Shown: positions 37,632-47,387 of the stretch, piece after piece | Position numbering within the stretch: position 1 is the stretch's first letter | How the letters are laid out: every line of letters starts with the position of its first letter | Virus record (IMG/VR): IMGVR_UViG_3300042389_001478 | Span: 128,498-192,497 of that record | Origin: a virus | Direction: 5' to 3' (one strand) | DNA length: 64,000 nucleotides | Translations under genes and position numbers: made by a program | The notes under the pieces: model-generated | What the model was told of the DNA's origin: nothing | What the model saw: the letters and a program-made list of their open reading frames with translations, nothing else | Databases searched by the model: none

Positions 37632-37882
37632 TATTGTTTCCTTACTTTAGACTGACAACAATTATGCTTATTAACCATTGTTCTTTCAAATCCAAGTTCA
37701 GCCATTATTGGCATCTTATGAAAAGTAATAACAAACCTAACATTACCGTCATCATCGTACATCTTATTCCATTCTACTCTTTGGGCTTTGCTCATATTCT
37801 GAGCTAAGTCATACGCAACAAATGGAGTCTCCGTACATGACGACCATGCCATGCCAAAGTATAGCATAAATGCGGGGATCAT
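37631..37882 (-). CDS. Hypothetical protein
   Basis: Operonic ORF. Confidence 0.5.
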   Translation of the reverse strand: MIPAFMLYFGMAWSSCTETPFVAYDLAQNMSKAQRVEWNKMYDDDGNVRFVITFHKMPIMAELGFERTMVNKHNCCQSKVRKQ

Positions 37883-38103
37883 ACAACCTCTTCCTTATTA
37901 AGAATTTTTGTCCAATGCAGTATAACAGAGTATTTTGGTTTGTATTCTATCAATTCATCTCCTTCGCCAGAAATTTCGATAATAGAGTCTGCACACTCAT
38001 TATAATCATTGGCAGCATCAGATATACCTTCTATAGCTTCTGACCTTGATTCATATCTTATAGAATAACCTGAATGAAAATTGACTACATAATGACTATT
38101 CAT
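37879..38103 (-). CDS. Hypothetical protein
   Basis: Operonic ORF. Confidence 0.5.
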   Translation of the reverse strand: MNSHYVVNFHSGYSIRYESRSEAIEGISDAANDYNECADSIIEISGEGDELIEYKPKYSVILHWTKILNKEEVV

Positions 38104-38107
38104 TGTA

Positions 38108-38515
38108 TTAGTTCAATATATCGAACATTCCTTTATAGTAATTTGGTTGTTGTAGAAAATGAACTGCATTTGATATTAAATGATTTTTGTAGTAACTATG
38201 CAACTTATTATGAACAAAATATTGTGTCTTATAGATCGGTTCTTTGTAATGATTGTTCCCCAAATACAGGGAGTTTTTGAAGTTCCCTGATTTGGAGAAG
38301 TAATCATTCACAGGTAACGAACCTTTCGGAAAGCTCGGACCAATATACCATACATTTGAAGGATATTCAACTATTTCATTTAGAGCATCGTATAGCATTT
38401 TTCCCCAAGTATCCCAGGCAGAGGAATCAAACTTGAAGTAGTGTTTATAATGGCTCTCTAAATTGTCCTGACTATCATCATAGTCATCGTCGTAGTTGTC
38501 ATCTTCTTGGTGCAT
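38108..38515 (-). CDS. Hypothetical protein
   Basis: Acidic N-terminus. Confidence 0.55.
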   Translation of the reverse strand: MHQEDDNYDDDYDDSQDNLESHYKHYFKFDSSAWDTWGKMLYDALNEIVEYPSNVWYIGPSFPKGSLPVNDYFSKSGNFKNSLYLGNNHYKEPIYKTQYFVHNKLHSYYKNHLISNAVHFLQQPNYYKGMFDILN

Positions 38516-38518
38516 AGT

Positions 38519-39649
38519 TTATCCGATACAAAATTTGTCACTGATCTTAGACGCTAGTTCTTTAGCAGCATTGGATAGGAACCTGTTGTTGCTAAAGTAG
38601 AGCGGCGTTGAGACTTGATTAAGGAACTCCACAACCGTTTTTAAAAGCTTGGTCTGCTGACCGTCCAGACTCATATCCTCGTCAGAGAGAGCATCCTGTG
38701 AGTCCGCAGGCCCATCCCCATCAACAGGATGCACGGGTACTGGATCACCATAAGCCTTTTGGAAAACTCCACCACTAGCATAGCCATAAACAGGCTTGAT
38801 ATTATCTGTGCTGTTTGTATATGTATCAAGACTCAAAGACTTCATCTGATTTGCAATAGTTGCAGCAACATTAACTGGTACTGGAACCCCAGTAACGTCA
38901 GACTTCTTATAAGCCTTAGCATATTCCTTAAACCATTCGTCGCTAGTCTTATTAGCAACAAGGTTCACAACAGCAGAAACACCGTCAAGAGCCTGCTTAA
39001 GCTGTTCAATATTTATCGGATTACCAGTTGATCCTGACAGAATACTAGTAAAGTAAGGTTGCTTACCCTCCCAACCTTTTCTCCACCATGTATAAGGAAT
39101 ACGATAAATCTGATTAACCTTTATAGCTCTGGCATCTCCACCAAAATGATTTACCAGTTTCTTTTGAATACCACTCCAATAAGTCTTATGAGGACTATTA
39201 GTATTTGGGTTTAGAATCCAATAGCACTGATAGCCATTGCGAGTATCAACAACCCAGCTTGGCTTTACTGGAAAGTTATTGATCTGATTCAAGAACTCCT
39301 TCTTCTTTTGCATGACAATACTGGGCTTAAAATAACGGCCTTGATCATCTCGACCAGCATCCATGTCAACAAAACAAGCACGAATTCTACTAATAGCATA
39401 TTGCTTACGTCCACCATTAACATAGAAGTAAGCATCAGCACCTTGACTATCGTTTGCAATAGCAACGGTGGTAAGATGATCCGTATGATTCATGCTACTA
39501 ATTTTCTTGCGAGGATCACCATTATAACAAAAAATATGCTGACCACCAAAAGAATTAAGAAACTTATTTCTCAATGCTATCTGAACATCTGTTCCGATAG
39601 CACTATGAGTCTTATCGAACGGATTAAAAGCCAAAGTATCGCTAAACAT
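38519..39649 (-). CDS. RepB-type/AEP DNA primase-like protein; start revised to MFSDTL
   Basis: CFVDMD, VVDTRNGYQCYW, GGD......QIYRIP; purine-rich SD before ATG at 39649. Confidence 0.72.
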   Translation of the reverse strand: MFSDTLAFNPFDKTHSAIGTDVQIALRNKFLNSFGGQHIFCYNGDPRKKISSMNHTDHLTTVAIANDSQGADAYFYVNGGRKQYAISRIRACFVDMDAGRDDQGRYFKPSIVMQKKKEFLNQINNFPVKPSWVVDTRNGYQCYWILNPNTNSPHKTYWSGIQKKLVNHFGGDARAIKVNQIYRIPYTWWRKGWEGKQPYFTSILSGSTGNPINIEQLKQALDGVSAVVNLVANKTSDEWFKEYAKAYKKSDVTGVPVPVNVAATIANQMKSLSLDTYTNSTDNIKPVYGYASGGVFQKAYGDPVPVHPVDGDGPADSQDALSDEDMSLDGQQTKLLKTVVEFLNQVSTPLYFSNNRFLSNAAKELASKISDKFCIG

Positions 39650-39726
39650 TTGTTTTCCTTTTCCACTTCTACCTACAGTTTTGATATTGGGACAGTAAAC
39701 ATTACCATCAAAAGCAATATCCAAAA

Positions 39727-39806
39727 AGATGGTAGAGGAATCGAACCTCTATTGTATGATAGTAAAAACTATATAGGTACTATCTTACAAGTTCCAAACA
39801 CCACCT
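39727..39806 (-). ncRNA. tRNA-like structured RNA without a D stem
   Basis: AGGTGGT/ACCATCT acceptor-like stem, AGAGG-TTCGATT-CCTCT T arm, TTGGAAC D-loop-like segment, long TTGTA-GATAGTA/TACTATC-TACAA arm. Confidence 0.55.
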
Positions 39807-39813
39807 TGACTAT

Positions 39814-40695
39814 TTACCTATAAAAACCGTTGTTGTCTACATCTTCTTCATCACTATCAAAATCGTCCTCATCTTCATCCTCATCATCAAACTGATCCCA
39901 ATAGCTTTCATCGTAATCATTCAGATAATCATCCTCATCGTCCTCGTAATCATCCTGACTAAAATCAGCCTTGTAAAGAGGCTTAAGAAGTTCACCTTCA
40001 TACTCAGCCACCACTTCATAGCGACAAGTACGGAGCTTTTCATAGTTGCAATCACTAGGAACGCTCACAACATCCTTGGGATTAATCTTGACGATTACGA
40101 TACGGTCGCCAGCCTCCAGACTACCATAACCAGCGACATAATTCAATGCCCCAGCATGAAGTCCATTAGAACAACCACGACCACGATCATCGTCAACCTT
40201 AGATCGCGTCATCTCACAGACCTTACCAACCCTGTTGTCAAAAACTCCACGGTACTTATCCTTAAAGTCTGAACGAACAGCCTTATAGGCAAGGAAGAAA
40301 CCATCCTCGGTAATCGGGAGATGCTCATGCTCCAAGAAATCATACAATTCCTTCTGACTCTGCATACTTGGATTTTCCATGAGATTATTCAGGAAATTAA
40401 CGAGGGGCTGGAAAGGTAGTCCCTTGCTCATAAACTCTAGAATTCTCTTGCTAATACTACCATGAACTTCCTCACCCTCATAGAGAACCTGTCCATTCTT
40501 AATCTCCACAAGACCGTCACTAAAAGAAGCAACAGCCTTTTGAACATCAACAACTTCCAAAAGTTCCTCTGCCGTAGCAGTAGGAAGTCTTTCCAGAATC
40601 AACTTATAGTTGATATGATCTGGCAAAATTTGATAACTTTGATTATTCAACACCAGAGTTAGATTCCCGTCAACGAACATAAATGGAACAGCCAT
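39814..40695 (-). CDS. rIIB: rIIB-like protein
   Basis: LPITEDG.FLAYK.V, CS.GLHAG, VKINPKDVVSVP.D....KLR.C.Y.VV; downstream of rIIA. Confidence 0.88.
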   Translation of the reverse strand: MAVPFMFVDGNLTLVLNNQSYQILPDHINYKLILERLPTATAEELLEVVDVQKAVASFSDGLVEIKNGQVLYEGEEVHGSISKRILEFMSKGLPFQPLVNFLNNLMENPSMQSQKELYDFLEHEHLPITEDGFFLAYKAVRSDFKDKYRGVFDNRVGKVCEMTRSKVDDDRGRGCSNGLHAGALNYVAGYGSLEAGDRIVIVKINPKDVVSVPSDCNYEKLRTCRYEVVAEYEGELLKPLYKADFSQDDYEDDEDDYLNDYDESYWDQFDDEDEDEDDFDSDEEDVDNNGFYR

Positions 40696-40754
40696 AATTT
40701 ACATCTCCTATTGTTATTAGTTACCTGTGAGTTCTTCTATTTTACTACAATCGG

Positions 40755-41234
40755 TCAGTCTGTCAAGAGGTCTTTAAGAAAAATCGTACTTTCGTGTATC
40801 GTCCCATCCCAATGGAATTTTGCGTGTTCTTTTTGTGATGGGAAAATCCACAAATTTTTTGGATCATTATCTGTCTTAATTCCATTAACATGATGAACTA
40901 CTTCAGATTTTGAAAGTTTTCTATTTAATAGATTTTCTGCTACTATTCTATGTCTTAGTTTTCTTTCTCCATTAATTGTTATACGATTATGTCCTGATTT
41001 AGTTAAACCGTGTTTAAAGCTTGGATGTAATTTGCCAGTTTTTTCATAATTTCTACCTTTTGATCCTGACTGACAATCACTATAGTTTCTTATTAAGATT
41101 CCATACTTATTTAAGTTATTCCAAATTGCAGTATTGGAACAACCTTTTATTTTAGCTATCTCATATGTAGATAAAGATTTCTCTATATATAGATCGTATA
41201 GTTCTTCATATGATAGCTTATAATTTTTAGGCAT
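40755..41234 (-). CDS. HTH-HNH homing endonuclease between rIIA and rIIB
   Basis: S.YEIAK..GCS HTH; HR.VAE...VHHVNG.K.DN...NL. Confidence 0.85.
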   Translation of the reverse strand: MPKNYKLSYEELYDLYIEKSLSTYEIAKIKGCSNTAIWNNLNKYGILIRNYSDCQSGSKGRNYEKTGKLHPSFKHGLTKSGHNRITINGERKLRHRIVAENLLNRKLSKSEVVHHVNGIKTDNDPKNLWIFPSQKEHAKFHWDGTIHESTIFLKDLLTD

Positions 41235-41243
41235 AGTACACTC

Positions 41244-43925
41244 CTACTTGATTAAACTACTCAACTGAATCCTAAACAGGTCAATATTTTCCTGGCTCAT
41301 CTGCTCGACCCAATCTCTACTCTGCTTTCCATAGTATGAGCGATCCTCAATAATAGGATTCTGATTAGACTTTAGATCTGTCAGATTACCACTAACTTGA
41401 TGAGTCCCCATAATATATTTCAGCATAGGATTCTTGTCTACCTCAGTCTTAATTTTTTCCCTAATCTCAGAGATTTTCCATGTTTTAATGTCTTGAGTAG
41501 AAGTCCCACTGATAATTTTGAGATAGCTTTCTATCTTATCTACTTGACCATTATACAAGTTGTGAGAAATCATTCTTGTCAAGGTGTTATAAGCCAAGTT
41601 AGCATTACGAATCTCTTTACCATCAACATCTTCTATCCCAGCCTCTTTCATAAGCTTAGAGATATGAGACAGATACTCTGTTTGGTTGAACTTGGTAATA
41701 TTGTAAGGACTAATATGAACAGTATTAGCGAAAAACTCTGTAAGTATTGTTTTATTCAAGCAGTCCACAAGAGTCTTGTTGCCAATAAACTTATCATAAT
41801 CTAGACCAAAGATATTTAGAATATGAAACATAAACTGCTTATCAGTTGTTCCATGGTTATAGTATCTATAGCCGCCACCCTTACTCTTCTCTTCTTCGTT
41901 AAAGTCTTTCTTGCAATATTCAACAAGCTTGTTGACTGAAGCGAGATTCTTAAAGTGCTTTTGTGCTACAACTTTAAGTTGACGCTTCAAAAAGTCATTG
42001 AAGTTAACAAGATTGTATCCATCTTTCTCAAGCTTTTTAGCGAAAGCTGTTTTAATAGCATAAATCTTGTTGTCTCCAACCAAGTCCTTGACTATGCTCT
42101 TAAGTGTTTGATCCCTAAGAGTAATTGCAATATCATTAATCTGTGGATAACCGGACTCATCCTCAGTCTTATAGCGGAGCATGGGAACATACACAATCTC
42201 ATCTTGTTCCAGAAAATCTTCCAGTTGTTCTTCTGAAAGGATTCTAAGACAAGTAGCATCGTTGTAAGGATTAGTAATCTGCTTACTATCCTTATCATAA
42301 CCGTGAATAAAGAATACGTCTTGGTCACTGACACTACCATTAGAATTTCTATTATAAGACTTTCTTGGGCCAGAACTTTGTGTCAGATGCTTGTAGTCCG
42401 AAACCTTTAGCAGATTTTCAGACCCAACATCTTCGATCAGCTTATCAAAACCTTCTTCGCTCTTGGTATAATCCTTAGTGTCAATCAAGAGATACGCAAA
42501 GCAATCATTCGCATTGCAATATCTTGTAAGAATTTTCTTAGCGGTTTCTTCGCCCTTGATATCGCACACAAAGAAAGCCATCGTACCTTTCTTCTTCTGG
42601 CTGTTCCAATAATTGTAACCTTTACCAGTAAGAGTTTCATGATGGATTCTATCTGTCAGGGCAACTTGGCGACGAGAACGATAGCCAGCAGTCTTATAAT
42701 TAAAAACGTACAGACTCTTACCGGCAGGAATTTTATATTCCAGATCATTGCCAGAGTTGATAGGATGATCTTTACCCTTGGGATCAGTCCAAGTAGCACC
42801 AACACCCCAACCGCCAGCCAATTCATTCATAGTATAATATGAAGTAATTGCTTCTACCTTGTTTTGGGCAGCTTGAATTTTCTTGGAGAATTCTTCCTTC
42901 ATCTCCATGTAAATTTCTTGGGTCTTTTTACGCAGAGTCTTGATAACATCTTTAGTATACTGCAAACCTTCACGGGAAACATCCATCTCCAGTTCACCGA
43001 TACCAAAATCAAGCTCAAGATAAAGTCCAGAGTTAAGAATTTCTCCAACGAAACTCTTCCAAGAATCAATATCTGCTTTCTGGAAAGCCCTATTCCACTT
43101 CTGGATATGATCGGGCATTTCTTCTTTCTCTTGACCCACAATCTGTGCGGTCTGAACAGGATAGGCAATATTGCCCATGATAGCTACGATACCACTATCA
43201 ATTCGATGATAGTTACTTGGGAAATAGCTATTATCGTTATTAAGACGGCAAACCCTCCAGCCATCACCACTAATAATAATGTTGGTATTGCTATACTTAT
43301 GATCTTGCAGATTATTCCCAATACCACCTTCAAGGATGGGTTTCATGCGGAAATAGTGGAAGATTCTCTTAGCCTTGTCAGTAAACTCTTGAAAGTCATG
43401 CTGCTTAACAGCAAAACTAATCTCAAGACCATTAGGCTCAGATGTATTAGAAGTATTGAAAAGATTCAGAGTAGGAACACCACTCTCATCAATCGCCGCA
43501 ATATAGGTATACTTCTTACCGTTGTAATATGATGCGGTGGTGAAGCTCTTGGTATATGCGAAAGGACTCTTAGACCCTAGACCAAGACAACCAACAAAAT
43601 CATTGCTATCATTCTTGTTGGATGCTCCGTAGGTTGTATACAAGTCCTCCATATCTGCCTGACTAAGACCAGTGCCATAATCTCTCACCACAAAAGTGGG
43701 ATTTGCAGCGGTGGGCAGAGTAACCTTAAAGGGATTCTTATTCCCGGCAGAGATATGGCTATCATAAGCATTAGTAGAAAGCTCACGAATCGCAGCCATA
43801 ACCTTATCAGAATAAAGAGAGTCTGAAAGGATTTTAAACATTTTGCTCGTCTGAGCAATGTTAAACTGATTCCTGCTTGCAACGCCAACGCTGTGAGTCT
43901 CAATCGTCCTATCTGCCAACTTCAT
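41244..43925 (-). CDS. rIIA: rIIA-like protein (N-terminal GHKL ATPase fold)
   Basis: LSDSLYSDK..AAIRELSTNAYD, RDYGTGL, G.LGLGSKSPF; paired with rIIB. Confidence 0.88.
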   Translation of the reverse strand: MKLADRTIETHSVGVASRNQFNIAQTSKMFKILSDSLYSDKVMAAIRELSTNAYDSHISAGNKNPFKVTLPTAANPTFVVRDYGTGLSQADMEDLYTTYGASNKNDSNDFVGCLGLGSKSPFAYTKSFTTASYYNGKKYTYIAAIDESGVPTLNLFNTSNTSEPNGLEISFAVKQHDFQEFTDKAKRIFHYFRMKPILEGGIGNNLQDHKYSNTNIIISGDGWRVCRLNNDNSYFPSNYHRIDSGIVAIMGNIAYPVQTAQIVGQEKEEMPDHIQKWNRAFQKADIDSWKSFVGEILNSGLYLELDFGIGELEMDVSREGLQYTKDVIKTLRKKTQEIYMEMKEEFSKKIQAAQNKVEAITSYYTMNELAGGWGVGATWTDPKGKDHPINSGNDLEYKIPAGKSLYVFNYKTAGYRSRRQVALTDRIHHETLTGKGYNYWNSQKKKGTMAFFVCDIKGEETAKKILTRYCNANDCFAYLLIDTKDYTKSEEGFDKLIEDVGSENLLKVSDYKHLTQSSGPRKSYNRNSNGSVSDQDVFFIHGYDKDSKQITNPYNDATCLRILSEEQLEDFLEQDEIVYVPMLRYKTEDESGYPQINDIAITLRDQTLKSIVKDLVGDNKIYAIKTAFAKKLEKDGYNLVNFNDFLKRQLKVVAQKHFKNLASVNKLVEYCKKDFNEEEKSKGGGYRYYNHGTTDKQFMFHILNIFGLDYDKFIGNKTLVDCLNKTILTEFFANTVHISPYNITKFNQTEYLSHISKLMKEAGIEDVDGKEIRNANLAYNTLTRMISHNLYNGQVDKIESYLKIISGTSTQDIKTWKISEIREKIKTEVDKNPMLKYIMGTHQVSGNLTDLKSNQNPIIEDRSYYGKQSRDWVEQMSQENIDLFRIQLSSLIK

Positions 43926-43965
43926 CTTATTTCTCCAAAAGTGTTATCGTTCCTGTGATGGCTCA

Positions 43966-43994
43966 AGTATACCATCGGCAAACCGTCTTGTCAA
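43966..43994 (-). promoter_or_regulatory. sigma70-type promoter of rIIA
   Basis: TTGACA-N17(CGATGG)-TATACT. Confidence 0.88.
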
Positions 43995-44242
43995 GCACCA
44001 CTTTTCTTTTGTTGTCTGTCTGAGATTATTTTAAACCCAATGGCTATGTCTATCAGACCCAAAACTTTTAAAAAGACCACTGGCAACGCGAATGTCATGC
44101 CTCCAACCAATATGCAGAGAAGTCCCATTACCCATACGACAAACTTTGGCATCCAAGAAAATAATGACAGAAGATAACTAATTGGCCCTATAATTAGCAC
44201 AGATAAAAAAATTATTGTTACTAGCAGAGCTAAACTAGCCAT
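43991..44242 (-). CDS. Small membrane protein
   Basis: Three hydrophobic helices. Confidence 0.6.
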   Translation of the reverse strand: MASLALLVTIIFLSVLIIGPISYLLSLFSWMPKFVVWVMGLLCILVGGMTFALPVVFLKVLGLIDIAIGFKIISDRQQKKSGA

Positions 44243-44574
44243 CAGATATCTTCTTCGTCATCATCTTCATCAAATGTGAAATTTCTGTCCTCATATGGAG
44301 TCCAATCTTCACTTTCTTCTTGTTCGTCTAATTCATCCATCAGAGCTTCCTCAAGTTCTGCTTCATGCAAAGCTATAGTAATAGCCTCTAATGTATCGAA
44401 TACTTTTTGTAAAACAATATCCATTCTTTGGATTTTAGCTTCAATATTTTTGATACTTCTTTTTAGATCGCCTATGTCTTTAGTTAGATGATTATCCATA
44501 GTATGTAATTCTTTATTGCTTTTCATTACTTCTTTAACTATATCATCTATATTTTTTGACATAAATAACTCCAT
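44242..44574 (-). CDS. Coiled-coil protein with acidic tail
   Basis: Heptad-rich body; D/E-rich C-terminus. Confidence 0.6.
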   Translation of the reverse strand: MELFMSKNIDDIVKEVMKSNKELHTMDNHLTKDIGDLKRSIKNIEAKIQRMDIVLQKVFDTLEAITIALHEAELEEALMDELDEQEESEDWTPYEDRNFTFDEDDDEEDI

Positions 44575-44598
44575 TAAATATTAACTTGGTCTATTTTA

Positions 44599-44606
44599 TA
44601 TACACC
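44599..44606 (-). promoter_or_regulatory. GGTGTATA motif
   Basis: Exact intergenic copy directly after a stop codon. Confidence 0.62.
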
Positions 44607-44936
44607 TTACTGGAGTCTTTTATATTCCCTTATGTCTCCATTTTCCAGTATCTTTTTGTCCTCATAAAAGGAGGCTATTCTTCTATAAAATTCCTGCTTG
44701 ATATTTTCAAGAACGCCAGTAATCATAGCCACTTTAGAGTATGATACGTCGCCCATTACTCCACTTAATATTCTGGAAAAACAATAGTTAATTTTACCTA
44801 AGAGCATCATAGTTTGCTTGTCAGATAAACCTTCTTGTTGACAAATTTCTCCCTCTAAAGAACACTTCAGAATAAAAATAATGTCATCAATATGGCTATC
44901 AAATACTCTTCTATCTTCTTCTTTTATATATGGCAT
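44607..44936 (-). CDS. Conserved phage protein
   Basis: MPYIK...G.INY...EFYRR...YED.K..ENGD family pattern. Confidence 0.7.
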   Translation of the reverse strand: MPYIKEEDRRVFDSHIDDIIFILKCSLEGEICQQEGLSDKQTMMLLGKINYCFSRILSGVMGDVSYSKVAMITGVLENIKQEFYRRIASFYEDKKILENGDIREYKRLQ

Positions 44937-44938
44937 AT

Positions 44939-45463
44939 TTATGTTCCTCTTTGTAGAATAGTTAAGCCGTTGTTATTTTTTAGACGCAAATGAATAGTCC
45001 ATATAGGATTGATTTCTAAAAACTCATCAATTGCTTTTAGTAGACCCTCCGAACCACCTTCACCACGAACACCAAATGTTTCAGTGTCGTGCAATATGAT
45101 AAACTTAGAAGTTTTTGGGGCGTGTAAACCTAGTTCTATTTTTAGTTGTTCATAAGTATGAAGAGTATCAATGAACAATAGCTCTGTAGGTTCAATATCC
45201 ACTAGTCTTGTATCCCCAACAATAAACTTATACTCTGTGGATGGGGCTAAAGAATGAATATGATTAGTATCAACAGGTACAATATCATATGATATCATCC
45301 TTTTTGGTTTAGCTGCCAGAAAAGCATAGGTAGAAACAATGCTCCTTACCCCCATTTCTGTAATATGATTAACCTTCTCTCCGTATTCTTTTAGTACCGG
45401 AAGATGTTCATTAATGTCAGAGCGGGTTCTACATTTATCGTAATATATTTCATCTAAGGTCAT
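44939..45463 (-). CDS. Class I SAM-dependent methyltransferase (Methyltransf_24-like)
   Basis: EMGVR..VST, LFIDTLH, IILHDT. Confidence 0.8.
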   Translation of the reverse strand: MTLDEIYYDKCRTRSDINEHLPVLKEYGEKVNHITEMGVRSIVSTYAFLAAKPKRMISYDIVPVDTNHIHSLAPSTEYKFIVGDTRLVDIEPTELLFIDTLHTYEQLKIELGLHAPKTSKFIILHDTETFGVRGEGGSEGLLKAIDEFLEINPIWTIHLRLKNNNGLTILQRGT

Positions 45464-45988
45464 TTAAACTCCAGTGCATTTACATTCATATTTTAAACAA
45501 TAGCCACATTTCGGGCCAGGATCAACATTACCAAAATAGTTTGCATCTCCAGCCCAAGTTTCTTTGCCGGTATCTATACAAACTAGACATTTCTTGTTTT
45601 CTCTTATAATATAGCCAAGATTATCCCAATGGCAATCCCAAAATTTAAGCTTGGTTTTTAATTGAATTTTATCAACTAGTTTTTGTATTTTATTGAGAGA
45701 TACACTATCTTTTTTAATTGTTTTAGCTACTTCAGTGATATATCCCCACCCGCTTTTGCGTCCAGGGAATAAGGTCTCATACTTTATCTTGCATATTTTA
45801 GATAATACTTTTGGTGCAAGAGTGTGCTTGCTTAATTTAAGCTGAATTTTTCTAGCATATTCAGCCCTAGATTTAGATATAAATTCTTTAAATGCCAATT
45901 GCTTATTATTACTGATACAATAAAATGTACAGTACCCACCATTATCGCTATATGAGAATAGATCAATAGTATATTTGGCGTTGATCAT
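45464..45988 (-). CDS. Minimal protein-kinase-like protein
   Basis: NGGYC Gly loop, LAFKEF (Lys), LAPKV, YITE hinge, DCHWDN catalytic loop, CIDTG; C-terminal Cys cluster. Confidence 0.72.
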   Translation of the reverse strand: MINAKYTIDLFSYSDNGGYCTFYCISNNKQLAFKEFISKSRAEYARKIQLKLSKHTLAPKVLSKICKIKYETLFPGRKSGWGYITEVAKTIKKDSVSLNKIQKLVDKIQLKTKLKFWDCHWDNLGYIIRENKKCLVCIDTGKETWAGDANYFGNVDPGPKCGYCLKYECKCTGV

Positions 45989-45989
45989 A

Positions 45990-46310
45990 TTAATAAGATA
46001 TAATTTGTGGAACTTCGCCGGTAAGATTATACAAAAAATCTTTTGCTTTATCTATGGAATAAAACTCACCAAGAAAAACGGTTCCCGGTCGCCCATCAGC
46101 ATCCATGCGAGTTGATCCATATATCTGATAAAAAGGATCATCATAAGCATCCTTTGCTTTTTCTAAAAATTCTGCGGCGGTTCTAATCTCGTCTATATAA
46201 GTGCCACCCTCATAATCATCATATTCTCTTACAGTAACTAGTAAGAAATGTTCTATTGGGGACTTGAGATTATTGTTTTTAACTCTGCCATTACACAAAC
46301 TATTGCCCAT
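45990..46310 (-). CDS. Hypothetical protein
   Basis: Operonic ORF. Confidence 0.55.
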   Translation of the reverse strand: MGNSLCNGRVKNNNLKSPIEHFLLVTVREYDDYEGGTYIDEIRTAAEFLEKAKDAYDDPFYQIYGSTRMDADGRPGTVFLGEFYSIDKAKDFLYNLTGEVPQIISY

Positions 46311-46713
46311 GATTTTTCCTATAAAGAGGAACTACAGTATTTTGATCAATATAAGGATTGTTTTGGGTTCTAAGATCAAACAAATCTCCACGATCATTGG
46401 TTCTGGCCCAAGCAACGGGTTGTTCAAGAGAGTCTTTTAAAGACTGCATCCGTTGAGATATTTCTAGATATTCATTAGTTTGTTCAACAGCAAACTCATT
46501 GGCTCTATAAACTTCTTCAGCCCATTCCTTATTCTTATCTTTGAGTTTCTTTAGTTCGTCTTTGGCATTTTGCACAAAAAATAAGTCGGCCCCGGAAGCC
46601 CAAGCAAAATCAATAATACTTTCAAGAGGATTGGCGTGTTTTTCCATATAAGTTGCTAGTTCTATAAAAGTTCTTCTTATACCATCTTCCCAGTTTTCAT
46701 ATTCTTCGATCAT
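46300..46713 (-). CDS. Hypothetical protein
   Basis: Operonic ORF ending QPVAW...VVPLY. Confidence 0.55.
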   Translation of the reverse strand: MIEEYENWEDGIRRTFIELATYMEKHANPLESIIDFAWASGADLFFVQNAKDELKKLKDKNKEWAEEVYRANEFAVEQTNEYLEISQRMQSLKDSLEQPVAWARTNDRGDLFDLRTQNNPYIDQNTVVPLYRKNHGQ

Positions 46714-46930
46714 TCTTTAGTTGTTCTACTTCTCTTTCCAATTTAGCTACTCTTTCGTATATGTCATGGTTGGCTAAACGAGGCAGGTCTTTTGCTGGGG
46801 TTTTACCATCTCCAATTCTGGCATCCCATAATTTGGCAATAGTGTCATACTCATACAGAAATAGTTCGCCAAGCTTAGGAATAACATCACAATCTTTCTT
46901 GGCTTTTGGTAGACTAAAAGATCCGTTCAT
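46697..46930 (-). CDS. Hypothetical protein
   Basis: Operonic ORF. Confidence 0.55.
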   Translation of the reverse strand: MNGSFSLPKAKKDCDVIPKLGELFLYEYDTIAKLWDARIGDGKTPAKDLPRLANHDIYERVAKLEREVEQLKNDRRI

Positions 46931-47142
46931 TTTAATACAGTAACTTCTGCCCCTACAAATTCAGGCTTATAATAACCAGTCATACTATCTTTCTGATAAA
47001 CATCATGAACTATAAACTTAACATCCAAACCATTGGGTGCTTCAATAATCTCGCTATCAATATATCTTTCAATAGCTTTTTCAATATCGTCAGGAGTTAA
47101 GGTTATATGTGTTCTATTGTGGATTTTCATAATTATATCCAT
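46927..47142 (-). CDS. Hypothetical protein
   Basis: Operonic ORF. Confidence 0.5.
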   Translation of the reverse strand: MDIIMKIHNRTHITLTPDDIEKAIERYIDSEIIEAPNGLDVKFIVHDVYQKDSMTGYYKPEFVGAEVTVLK

Positions 47143-47387
47143 CCATATTCATCAAACTTTTCTTTACACTCTTTATTAGCGTCATAATATCCAATATCAT
47201 AACCCTGCTCATGACCCATAGCATAAGCTGCCATCAACCACTTGATTATATCGTCAGTTTTTCCTTTTGCAACACAGTTTCTTATGTCACTTATAGCTCT
47301 TTCGTGTCTAACGCTATATCCTTCGATTTCGTTTATCCAGTGATCAAAAGTCATAGCATTTCTTTTCTGTGATGTTTCATGTGACAA
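47133..47387 (-). CDS. Hypothetical protein
   Basis: Operonic ORF; true start probably MTFDHW. Confidence 0.5.
   Translation of the reverse strand: MSHETSQKRNAMTFDHWINEIEGYSVRHERAISDIRNCVAKGKTDDIIKWLMAAYAMGHEQGYDIGYYDANKECKEKFDEYGWI

Noticed and set aside
41235-41242. AGTGTACT variant of the phage promoter motif before the rII HNH gene
   Set aside because: It directly abuts the ATG and overlaps the GGAG SD, so it is too close to act as a promoter.
42864-43532. 222-aa plus-strand ORF, and similar long antisense ORFs at 9958-10494, 39308-39823, 50631-51212 and 53778-54248
   Set aside because: They shadow well-supported minus-strand genes, have no recognisable motifs, and are expected from codon bias.
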